DNA of 62,839 nt, the filler included, from Choristocarpus tenellus KU-1152 (Eukaryota > Protista > Phaeophyceae), in the NCBI GenBank assembly GCA_964200185.2. It is 11 parts of 11 records of this genome, joined end to end, with 100 filler letters (N's around TTAATTAATTAA, not from the genome) between each part and the next. Parts side by side here need not be neighbours in the genome. Positions count along the whole stretch, not along the records: positions 48,228 to 57,134 come from CAXNAD020004205.1; positions 57,235 to 60,068 come from CAXNAD020024334.1; positions 60,169 to 62,839 come from CAXNAD020025769.1; 8 more parts are not named here. One strand, 5' to 3'. The notes beneath the pieces are model-generated. The model was not told the origin of the DNA. It made no database searches and worked only from the letters and a program-made list of their open reading frames with translations. The position numbers and the translations under genes were made by a program. This document shows positions 48,128 through 60,198 of this stretch, in pieces. The stretch's first letter is position 1, and each line of letters begins with the position of its first letter.

Positions 48128-50761
48128 NNNNNNNNNNNNNNNNNNNNNNNNNNNNNNNNNNNNNNNNNNNNTTAATTAATTAANNNNNNNNNNNNNNNNN
48201 NNNNNNNNNNNNNNNNNNNNNNNNNNNGTTACCTGTTGAAGACTTGATAGGATGTTGCAAGATATACCTCAATTTCATGCCTGTTTTTCAGGTGATTTTT
48301 GTTTGGATTTGGTCCAGGGCAGGGGGATGGAAAATAAAGGTGTGTCGAGATGAAGGAAACTGCCCTTACATCTGACACATTCAGTCAGATGACAAGAAAA
48401 TCACTACAGGTTCACGAAGGTCCAAACGGTCACCTGATCCCCCCCTCTAGCATACTGTAGACCTAAGGAGGAATGTGCTTTGAATACTTGAAGGTACGCC
48501 TGCCAGACTTCAGCAATCGACTTGGGGAGGGGAGGGCACTGGTGTATGCAGAGAATGCCCTAGGAGCCAGTCCTCTTTCTAGAAAGTAGTGACAAAGCAA
48601 TATGGGAATAGTGCCCCAAAATATAGTTCCCAGCGGTGTCCCTCACCAGTAAGGGGGGACTTCCAGCTTGCAGCTTGCATGCTGCACGCAGGCCCTTATC
48701 GATTGGCTACAGCACATCTTACTGCTCTCCACATAATTGGCGCCTCTCACCCCACTCCACCACTACTCGATAACTTACAGAGTTCAGTTCAGCTCTGTGC
48801 CAGAGCTCTGTAGTGCAGTCTCAGTATCTTGATCAAATCAGAGGTCATGAGTTTGAACCCCAACTGGGCCACTTTCTCAACTCCATAAATCATGAGAACA
48901 AAAAATAATGCCACAGGGGGTTCTGGAGCGGGGGCCCTCCAGGATAAAGGTCCAAGTCTGAGACGGCCGCTTGGAAACAAACTTGGCAGAAACGTGTGGG
49001 GTGATGGCCCATGGAGTATGGCAAATTAGGCTGCAGCACCCTGGTCCCTGATTTTGTCAAAATGTTGCACTATAACAGTACCAGGGAACCAAGAGTCCTG
49101 CACCAGTCCAGTACCTCAGCAGTTCAGTATCTGTGTCCACTTTATTTGTCAGAATAAAACTCTTGGGGCAGAGGCTGAGAAAGCTGTGCAGGAGGCACCA
49201 CTTTCACAGTCGTCAGCACCCTCAAGGTGGACTTCACAGACAATGCATACACTATTTGTGTACGAAAGAGGTGGGCTTCAAAGTGGTACTTTGGCAAATC
49301 ACATCAGGAGTGACTGACAAAAAGTGTGTCAATACAATAGTACATGAAAACCAAAAAAAAAGAACAAAAATAGCATCGCAATTTATAAAAAGAGAAAACG
49401 TACTTGAAGGTGCCTCAAGTGCTTCATTGCTCAAGGGCCACACTCTTAAGAGCAGAATAATGACCCATTTTTTGGTCAAGTAGCACACACACACACACAC
49501 ACAATAAAATATAATGTGCCCAGACCAACTGAACTGAGAATAGCAGGTGAGAACTTCTCCAAAGTCGTTGCCAACAAATATATTTGTCAGTTACATAGCA
49601 CGCTTGCCACTGATCAGACATCACACCAGTCATACATGACTTGTGCACACAACGCTTTCACTGCGCTGGTTCATTCTTCATTTGAGGCGCCTCTGTCCTT
49701 CATAATACTACTCTGGAGTACTAAAAAATATGACAATAGTGTCTGTCCATTTTGACTAGAGGTCCACTAAAACACAGGCACACCACAAACACACACATAC
49801 ACACACACATACCTAGTAGGAATGAATTGCAACCATTTTCGGTCCATTTGAGGAGAATGCTCTGAATGGCTACAATATTTTATTGCTGTTCAGAAAGGCC
49901 CTAGAGCACTACCACAAAAAAAAGAGTGGTTGGCAAGATAAATTTGCCAAAAAAGACCCCAAAATGAGTTGCCCGGTTTTCAATTTTCTTCTCAAACTTT
50001 TTTCTTGCTCAAGCATGACTTGACCATCAGATACAATTTCGATTCCGGAGATGAGCGCTGGTGACTCCGCAGAATGTTTTGCATCAAGGGAGTTGGAAGC
50101 AGAATACATACACATTTTTTTAATTATTCTAAACCCCTCCAAACAGCAGTTTTACACTGGGCCAGATTATTACATCTCGTTCATGTGCGTAGTTCCAGAT
50201 TAGTCTTCTCCTACCTATCATAGCACAGTCTCTTTGTCTCATCACCCCATCTCAGATGCGCCGTGTTACGTTCTCCCTGCAAGTACTACTAGCCACACCA
50301 GCATCTTTGGCCAATTACATGCACTGTCCCGAGCGTTACTGGCAGGAATACAGCAGTGAACCTCTTGCTGCACAAAGCATGGCCAGGGTGCATAATAAGA
50401 CATGAATAACGTGCACCCTGGCACAGTGCTTATTTCCATCTCAAGACTATTTTTGACATGCCTATACAATCTATATCGTGATTTTTTTTTTAATCGCTTT
50501 TTTTTTCCCATCGGTGCACCAGTATATTTTGTACCCCGCACACCTAAAAGATTAGGACCACTACTGCACCTCAAAGACCAACAGAATATCGGCATTGAAA
50601 ACCTCACTCAACCCTAATTTTATGTCACATATGTACTGTTCCCAAATCAACACAAAAACAATAAAAAGTACCCCAACTTGTCGCAGGATAGTCGTACACA
50701 TGTATGGAAAAATTGCCAGTAGCAATGGGAAAACGTTCCAGGAGGGGTGGAGTAGTCTCAC

Positions 50762-53669
50762 CCCAACATTTGCAGGCGTCCCATGTTTGAGGCCATCCCG
50801 AGGGTAATCTTCATGTGTTCAATCGCAGATGAGCCATCATCCGGGGCAGAATGCAGTATCTTCCCCCCAATCGACAAAGCAGCCAAGCCAGAGGAACCCA
50901 TCATTTGGTACAGGCACGCCATCTTGCATCCGGGCATATACCCAAGTAACAAAGTAGAAAGAGGAGAGGGATGGGTTAGGGATAGCGAAAAGGTGGGTTA
51001 AGTTGTCTACGACGGCACAAAGTTGTGTGTGCAACTGAGGCAAAATATTTAAGAGGGTAGGAGTTTTGCCCTGTTTGTCCATTTGGGACTTGACTTCCCA
51101 AGGGTTTTTCTATGCCCTTTTTCGGTTTTCTGTGTGAACACAGTTACCTAAAATGTACATGACTCTAAAAAGGTGTGTCCAGAGCAAGGATATTGATACT
51201 TGCTAACAAGCACAATAGTAAAAATTCATCAAAATCGCAACATTGGATTTATGACCCCAAACAAACAGACCTGGCCCTACCCTCCTAAATGCGTTGCCTC
51301 AACCAATGAAATTGATGCAGAAAGGGAGGTAAGTATGAGGACACCATGGGCAGGGGTAGACTAGAGTAGTGCGCCCACATGCTTAACTAGTAACTGAACA
51401 CATGCCTGGTAGGTAAAGATAAGTGGAGACCCAATATAAGAATATCCACCGCTCATATTTGTTGTTCAAAATCTTCCATGCAGTAGTAGAAAAATTAAAA
51501 ACCAAAAACCTGTGAACTTTCAGACTTGGAACCCACCCAACCTATATTGTTTGTGCAGGCCTGGTTGGATAGCATCAGCACCTACACCATGAACTGAGAC
51601 ACCTAGCACAGTCTATCTCAAAAGATCGCCCTGTACTCATTGACACAGCATATGAGTGGAAAACACTCTAATACTCTTGCTGCACATATCACCCCCTCCC
51701 CCTCAATGAAAAAGATAAACATTAAAGCTCAAGTCTCAAGTCTCAAGTACTTCAACTTTCAGTTTCAACGGCTGGTTGAGGAAAGCTAATTGCCAGCCAG
51801 CACATACCCTCTCTAAGGACCTTCACCTGGACATAAGCTGCTGCCACGATTGCAGAGCCCCTAGCTTTCTCAGGGGGACATCGCTCAAGCCACTTCATTG
51901 ACTTGATAACATACCCTTCTAGAATCACCCTCTTGGTCAATCCACGCACAACTGCCCCAACCGCAACTGCACTCCACAACAATGACTGTGCAGCTGCTGC
52001 CTTGATTCCTGCTGTTGTGTCCACGTACTTGCCACTGTCCTCTGTCTTCACTCGTTTCACCTCACCCCCTACCCCTAACCTCACACCTACATCCACCTCA
52101 GACCTTTCTCCACCCTCAGCAGGCCTAATTTGAGTCTTCTCGCTTGCACTCTCTTTTATCACTCCCGCCACCCTCGCTTGGGTTGAGCCTGGGTCACTAT
52201 CACAACCCCAGTGTACAGCATTGCTCCCACCAGAGAGAAAAGAGGCAAGTGCCGAACGGGTAGTAGCTTCATCTACATGGTGCACGAAGGAGCCAATGCA
52301 AAGAAAGTAGGCTGCCAAAAATGAGCCCTCCTGAGTGCCTGATAGGCTTGGGGGGGACGGAGTGAGGAAGATTGAAGGTTGGCTCTAAGAGGCTATAGGC
52401 AAACCATGGCAACGTTCTATGTATTGTATGGGGAAGAAGAAAGTTTTAACTATGGATCACACACAGGTCTCCTAGACCATCACCTCAAGGGAAAAAAATA
52501 TTGCATCGTGTATTGACCTGAGAAGTCCGCATTGAAGAACAAATCGCTTGGACCTTGGAGAAAATAGATCGACTACGTGCGGGCAGGTATTGAAAAGAAC
52601 CAGACAGAGGTCCAAGTCCTTCTGTAGGTCGTAGAAGTCACTTGCATGACGATCCAAGAACGTTACGTAATTTTACTTGGGAAATACAGTCGATAAGTGC
52701 TTGTCCATAGAATAATGTAAAATTATCTCCAACCAACTCTGACCTCAAATCAAGAAACATTGAGTAACACGGATTCTCCCAAAATTTCGTACCCAAGCGC
52801 CGTGGACGGAGACAGAGACACCCGTGCCATCTTGATGGGAGGCGCCACATCCCCCATTTGCCCTCTATACCCGGTCATGGCTATTGTGGAATCCTCTTCC
52901 CATTCTGCAACACTTTTTCTTTCTTGTCGAGAAGCACTAGCTTCTTTCAAATCCAGCTTGTGATATCTTCGCTTGGGTCCTGTGTCGGCAAGAAGAGTGG
53001 TGTATAACACATATTTATTGCATTGTGGCGAGAAAAGGGGCGCAAGGTGGTCAATAGAAAGGGAGGTTGAGAAAGGAGAATATGCATCCCATGAGAAAAT
53101 AGGAGATGAAACAAAACATCAGTGGAAATTGTGTATCTGTGTATATTGACGCCACCCAATAAATTACATATTGCACCCTTACACACAGAGTGAACGATTC
53201 ATCGTCCATTGCTAGCTCTCAAGCTTGTATGTCATGGCTAGTGATTGCTGGGCAACAAACCTGTGCGCTGTTTCTGTGTAAAAATGCAGGGGAAGTTCTT
53301 GCTGAGACAGCGTGAGCAGGGCGTATTCTCGTCCCCATCACACGGTCTCTTCCTGGTGACAATAACAATTGTGGTGGACAGAAGTAGTGGAACTTAGAAA
53401 TTGATCCCTCAGCAAGATTTTTACACTGCAAGTAGTGAGTGCACCTACCACCTTGTGTTTTGGGGAGAACACATCAACGAAAAGCAAAATTATCGCCATA
53501 ATCCATCAGAATCAACCAACTCCTACCCAATACCCACTCTGAAGAGGACCCCAAGCAAAAAAAAGTGAGAATTTTGCCATGTGTAATACCTCTTGTAGCA
53601 GACTTCACAACTTCTTCTGAGACCACGCTTTTCGGTGCCATCGACCTTCCATGATCTCGGAGTTGCCAT
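50762..53669 (-). CDS. Zn(II)2Cys6 (GAL4-type zinc cluster) transcription factor; exons 53669-53590, 53352-53261, 52979-52793, 52640-?, ~52330-51827, ~50922-50762; further 3' exons likely
   Basis: Spliced N-terminus MATPRSWKVDGTEKRGLRRSCEVCYKR|KRPCDGDENTPCSRCLSKNFPCIFTQKQRTG|PKRR = C-x2-C-x6-C-x7-C-x2-C-x6-C plus basic linker; phases of the first three introns consistent. Later exon borders uncertain. Confidence 0.88.
51037..51300. mobile_element. Family A MITE in an intron of the Zn-cluster gene
   Basis: GAGGCAAAATATTTAAGAGGGTAG...CTACCCTCCTAAATGCGTTGCCTC; flanks AACT/AACC. Confidence 0.88.
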
Positions 53670-56600
53670 CCGCCCTTACTTATTTTCCTATACTGTCAAA
53701 CTTGTGGAATCACTATACCTTCGGACAACGATCTCCAACAGGAAGCATGTGGTGAGATGATGAGGAATTGTAACAGTAGTATGATCTAGGTGAGGAAATA
53801 ATGATTCTTGACGCTTTGAATCCATTCAGAGTTGGTGCAAGAGTCAATAACTGATTGGGTTTGCACTGACTACATAGAGGTCATTAATAGGAAAGTAAGT
53901 ATAAACACTTCATTGTTGTTGGTTGGGAAGAAACCATACATCAACTATTAAACATAAAAATATAGACTATATTTCGTTATCAGTGAGGATAGTATACCAT
54001 ATAAATTGTGGAAGGGTACTAACCATAGACAAATGGAGAGATGGAATCCTAATTATAACCACATACTTAGAAGGGTAGGGAGCGTTTCGATCACACTTCA
54101 TATTGGTTTGTTTCTATTCATTGTAGAACAAGTTCTCTCTTTCACTATTTTTCTGTTTTGGTGTGATAGTTGAATTTTCTTCAGCAATATGATATATTTT
54201 TGTTAATTGAAATTCCCTCACTGAGTTACCTGTCCACCACAATTATTCAGAAAACGAAATTCTACAAAATGATAAAGGTACAAAAATAAATAATTCTACA
54301 ATTCTTACACCTCTCATCATCACATGCGAAGTATATTTATCAATACCACTACCAGAGATTTTATCAAAGTTTTATAGGATTTTTTTTATGTGTGATCGCG
54401 TCAACATCTCCACAAAATGTTAGCGCGATAAACAAACAATGTGCATACAAAAAGTATATGAATGCTTCTATCTATAACTCCAACAATCAAATGCATTGAA
54501 ATAGTCAGTAGTATCTATAGTTATAAAAGTGTGTGGGACCCACCATTGAATCTCTATACTTGGTAATAATTTAGGTATACTTACTCTCTGTCCATACACC
54601 TCAATAGTGTTAATAGTATAATTCTTTATTTTTACTCTTCAAAGTAGTATGAAGAGTGAAGTCTGAGATCCAATGAGGTTTATCTATACTACTCAATCAG
54701 AGAAGAGGAATGAAAAATACTACCAATATTGTTGGGAGAAGAATTCAATGCTGTTCGATTCAATTATTGAGAACAACCTATCAATTATTGAAAATAAGTG
54801 TTTGTTGAGTTCATTATATTTTTAACGAGTTGAACAACAGAAACTAACTCAACGTACACAGATTTCCTCTTAACAACTACCAACCCTTAACCCTCACCTG
54901 TACATTCTTAAGAGATAAGAAGGCAATGTTTTGAAGATAAAATAAAAAATCAAAGCTAATTGTGACGGACAGGTCCCTTTTGGAGCTGATCTCAGTCCAA
55001 ATACACATCCGCGCGCACACACAAGTGCTTTGCGCGCACATTTCTTTGTCATTGGTGACGCTCCCACCAACATCAAACACAGAGAACTCTTGAGAATTCT
55101 CAAACTTCCTACCAGTGACGATCACCAAGATGTGATGCTATCTGGTAGATCTGGGATTCTCTTAATAATACTTCTCCTAAGATTTGATGGCTGAGAGAGC
55201 TTTGGGTTTCCTCTAAAATCGAGACACAAATAGATTTAGATCGGTCAATTCTATTAAAAGGTGAGGAGAGTGGTGTGGTTGTTCGCATTAGAGTCAATAC
55301 ATGCACCCCACATCAAGAGTCAAACCTAAGTTGACTTTTCATCAGTTTTTCATACGACATTAAATCGGAAACATGACTTAAACACCGACAACCACGTACT
55401 TATGCTGAAAAAAGAAAAGGTGCACAACAAGAAAAAAAAGGGAGAACGTGAATGTCAATTCGAGATGTGGATGCAGAATCATTTCTTCAGAGGGAATCAC
55501 AGTACATGTCAGGAAGTATTCAGATTTTCGCTACTGCAAGTGCGGACAGGGCGATGGCTCATATAGCCTTGCACCCACACATGTCGAGAGAGAGACTTGC
55601 GAGGTCAAGCAGAGCTTGCTTGGTGTGAGTTGAGGCCCCTCAACGTCAGTTAGACCCGGTAAAACACAAGTTGACAGCAAGACGGGTTATTTCCTTTAGT
55701 TCCTTGCATAGTAGTGCATGTCGCATGTCCACAATGATACCCGATTTGTCCGCTGTGACTTCTTGTCGGCAAGGAGCAACAGGAAAACATTTTTCAGTCC
55801 TTCCTTCGTCCTTCCACTGTGTAGTCGACCTGGTTTTCTAGGCACAGATATTGCTTCGGGGAGATAGTGAAGAATCATGGCAGAAGATACGACGCTCACA
55901 AAAAAGATGGTTGGCGACAACCCTGGAAGAATTGGGAAGGTAGAGGAAAGCCTTGCTTTCACCTTTAAAATCGTTTACACCTTGGAATATTTAGCGAGAC
56001 ATTGGGGATAGAGGTGTGTAGATGTACATGTCGATATTGACATCCTTGCCTTGCACATGACCTTCTGCCTTGTTCTTTGCCAGTCGAACCCAGACCAGGC
56101 TTTCAAGTGCGTTGTAGTTATGCCAAATACATAGATCAAAGGAGGCATTGCTCTCCCCGAACAGGGTGCACATTTCCGTGGTGTATTGGTATTGTTGCTC
56201 ATTGTTGATGGTATGTGCTGATGGAATACTATTTGCACGACATTATTCACTTTCTCATTTGAGGCTGAAGACGTTATCCCTCATAGAACTCTGCCCACTG
56301 CTGTCTGTCCCTCGCAAAACTCCACGGTCAGAGATGCTGGCCTGTACACCCAATCTCTTGCACCGAGTTCGCCTTGTTCATGTGAGGAGGGTTTTCGTAA
56401 ACTACTGACGGTCAAATACGGCGAAACTCTTTGGAGCATCACCTAGACAACCATTGCCGTGGTGGGTTGAACAAAACTTGTAGCACTCACTACATGTGTC
56501 ACGCCTATAACAGTTAACTTTTTCACTATTCCCTTAGACTGCGTATGTCTGAAATTATACGCTTGTACTGAGGTATTGTGAGTAGGACACCTCTTGAACG

Positions 56601-56687
56601 GTTGGTCTATTTTATTACTCTATGGGGCAATACATGTACTATGAATAGATGAAGCATGAAATTGTTGAGCAGTTTATAATCCACAAG

Positions 56688-56948
56688 GAATCCCCTGCGA
56701 CTGATCTAAATAGTAGAGTGCTGCCACTACTTCAATTGCTCCCTCAAGACACAGGTATCCAGCCACCAAATGAGGTTGCCTTTCAGAGGTACTTGGATGC
56801 TGTCTGTTCAACTCAGCCCCATGTTTTGGTCTACATGAAAACAGTGGAGAAGAAAGGATGGGTCGACACCCACAGCAATGGGAGCATGTGCTTAAGTGTA
56901 GACAGCAGTAATGCAGCGGAAATATCCAATAGTTGGCTGACTGTCAAG
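56688..56948 (+). CDS. Probable isolated exon of an unidentified gene
   Basis: 87 open codons between aag| and AAG|gtgagt (ESPATDLNSRVLPLLQLLPQDTGIQPPNEVAFQRYLDAV...). Confidence 0.35.
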
Positions 56949-57290
56949 GTGAGTCAGAAGGCATGACCCTGGTGGATCATTATCAATGCATCAAGACCAA
57001 TAATAAGAGGGGGTTTCAGGTGTCCATTTGGGGTTGGTGTTAACCTGTTGTGGTGATTTTCATGCCATTTGGGTGAAAGTGTCAGGTGTAAGAGTAATTT
57101 CTTTCATCTGAATGCACCTTCCATTTACATCCCCNNNNNNNNNNNNNNNNNNNNNNNNNNNNNNNNNNNNNNNNNNNNTTAATTAATTAANNNNNNNNNN
57201 NNNNNNNNNNNNNNNNNNNNNNNNNNNNNNNNNNTTGGCTCCAAATGGACATCCACCATCCCCCCCCCCCCGAGATATTTTGAGCCATTA

Positions 57291-57552
57291 GAGTGAAAGT
57301 ATCTTTGAGGGTATGAGTTTTGCCGTTTGTCCATTTGGGACTTGACTTCTCTCAGGGTTTTTATGACATTTTCCTAATCCAAAATATTTCGGAGTGTAGG
57401 TAAAATGTGTATGTTATGAAAAGGTGTGTCCGGAACAAGGATATTGACACTTTCCTAACAAACACGATAGCCAAAATTACGTCAAAAAAATCGCAACATT
57501 GGATTTTGGTCCCCATATGGACGCGGCTCTACCCTCTAGGATACTTTGGCTC
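57291..57552. mobile_element. Family A MITE with 4-bp TSD ATTA, abutting the end of another MITE (57235-57286)
   Basis: ATTA|GAGTGAAAGTATCTTTGAGGGTA...TACCCTCTAGGATACTTTGGCTC|ATTA. Confidence 0.92.
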
Positions 57553-57732
57553 ATTATGGTCATCTAAGAACCTTCTACAGCGTACCTACCTGTTGTATAC
57601 TATGGTCATGCCGTGCGCAACAAAACAGTGCTGTCTCATTCCAACCATCATGCCCGGATTGCCAAACTTTACTGGGTAAAAAATATTTGCAACACTACCT
57701 TTGCGGATATGTCACACTGTAGTTAATATATA

Positions 57733-59041
57733 CTCCTTTGTCCCATAAGTCTGTTCAACGTCCAGTCAGGATGTCATAACTCCAGATCCACGACGAGATG
57801 CCATGTAAAAGGGTCACCATGTGAAAGTGCCGGATCTGCTCTCTATCACTGTCTATTGGAAATTTGATTTTGGGCTGATATTTGTTCCGAAAACTACGGC
57901 GAAATATCGGCACTTTTTGGGGTAGCTCTGCCGCGATTCTGGAGCGACACAGCAAGGGTAGAGTGCTTTGCGACAACGAAAAAGGGCCAAACAGCAGCCA
58001 GATGGCCGAACCTTGCAGCCCATCCAACCGTGGGGACAAAGGGGAGTTGTCAGTGGAGGGTCGCCATGTGCTGGTTGTGCGATATGGGCTTGCATTGCCT
58101 CCTGGACAAAAGAACCTGCTGAGAGGTGTTGGCTCGGCTCTTGAGAAGGAGTTCAAGGTCCCCAAAGGCTACGCCTCCGGGCTGTGGAACAAGGCAGCGG
58201 AGCAGCTCATCACCGACCACACGCTGGTCTTTGACACCAAGAAGAGGTCTGGTGCTCTCACAGTCTTCTCCCCGAACCCGAGCATGACTTCGACAGGAAG
58301 ATCGGCATCTGGTGCGTTTGCATCATCGTAGAAGCACAGAGGACAACCGTCAACCACCAGCGGGGAACAAGTACGATGTTGGTGTGACCATCGACTCGGA
58401 ATGGTATCAGCAATGGTATGTCAAAAAATTGCTGCCTGCCGTCAAGGAAAAGATTCTCTGGGTGGAAACCCTTGACCTGATGGTGCAGCAGGATGGTACA
58501 GCACCTCATACCGCCAATGACACCCCTCTGAAGCTCAACAGTGTGGGGAAGAGCGATGGGTGGAACATCAAACTTGAAACACAACCGGCACAGTCTCCAG
58601 ACTTAAACATCAACAACTTGGGGTTTTGCAATTCGCTGAAAAGCAGAGTTTGGAAGGAGCTTCGGTACCGTGGATGACATGGCCACAGGCGTTAGGAAGC
58701 TTTTCGATGAGTACCCTGCAGAGACTCTTGAGTGAGTGTGGCAGAGCCTGTTCAGGAGGTACATTCAGCTGTTGGCAGCTCTCGGAGGAAACGATTTCAA
58801 ATTAGAATACAAGGGGGCTGGAAAGTCAGGGTCTACCTGTGGTCGAAAAACATACGTGGCAATCAGCCAGCAGGCATACGCAATGGCAGAGGAGTGGTGG
58901 TGTGATGGGAAGGAAAGCAAGGAGGAAGTTTGAGGTCTATGTAGAAAATACCTAGGAATTCATAGCAACAAACCGTTTTCAAATCTGAAACATCCTCGAA
59001 AGGTTATGAACAAGATTGACCAGACTTATGGGACAGAGGAG
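57733..59041 (+). mobile_element. Tc1/mariner element of plant-mariner (DD39D-like) type, defective, 1.3 kb
   Basis: TA flanks; TIR CTCCTTTGTCCCATAAGTCTG / CAGACTTATGGGACAGAGGAG; transposase remnant VQQDGTAPH...DGWNIKLETQPAQSPDLNINNLGF, broken by frameshifts and stops. Confidence 0.92.
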
Positions 59042-60198
59042 TATGTATTTCGAAGTACATACAGTCACACATCTAGAAAGCCTCAAAACTCCTCCCCCCA
59101 ACCCCAATATACCAATAAAGTGGTCCTTGCACGATATAAAAGACTTCACTCTGCTACTCCGTTATGCAGAGATAATAATGGCTGTAACTAGACATGATGT
59201 GGGGATATTTGTCCCTATTTTCACGTACATACACCCCTTCCCTCCTACATGCCATCCAACCATTCTGCCAAACCTTGTTAAGAGTATGGTTGGCCCAGAT
59301 ATTTATTTGTATGGCATTAGGCTGTCTGGCAGGACCCTGACATGCAGTACCTTCATTGTTGGAGTGTATGTCCCATGTTATCCACTTTGGATGTAAAAGT
59401 ACACACACAGACCCCACAATCACACATATGTGTCCCTGAGGAAAGGCAAAGCCTACCCGTCTTTCTCCACATCTGCAGGGAAGTTGGGCAGTGAGTGATT
59501 TTGGTATGAGCAAGTTTCGCCAGAGAGTAAAAGGGCCGACCAGGCCTCACGCTGGAAGCGAGCCCTTTGGTCCTGGAAGAGAAGCGTTGCGTACCCTACT
59601 GTAATGATACCACACTAGTGTCCATATTAGTGTCTGTTTCTGTGCTTTAGGTGCGGCCTGCCTTTGAGCTCATGCCATCAGTTTTTCAAAACTCAGATAC
59701 AAAATTAGTAGAAGGTCAAGCCTCAGCCTTGGATTTAAATGGCAGAAGCACCAGGACATATCTTAATCATTTATAGACCCTGATAATCCAAGGCTATGTG
59801 TTGGTGTGAATATGCAATGTTAGTGTACAAGGGGATAATGGTCTCAATTTCACTCACTGAGCTCATGGGGCCCCCAATTGGTGGCACCCAATACTATTAC
59901 TATAGTGTGGAGTTTGAGATCGTCCACGCTAATTCACTATGAATCACTTACTTTACTTGAGTGTAACAAGTGTATCTAGAACATGATACAAATCAATAGA
60001 TACCAGTGAATCAATATGTATGGTGTATCTATCACTGGCTCTCCATCCTATTATCTACACCACTGGTGNNNNNNNNNNNNNNNNNNNNNNNNNNNNNNNN
60101 NNNNNNNNNNNNTTAATTAATTAANNNNNNNNNNNNNNNNNNNNNNNNNNNNNNNNNNNNNNNNNNNNCCCCCCCCCCCCTCCCAGATACTTTGGGTC

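Noticed and set aside
55696-56408. Possible BED-finger/transposase or additional exons
   Set aside because: No consistent frame, motif or splice-phase chain could be built.
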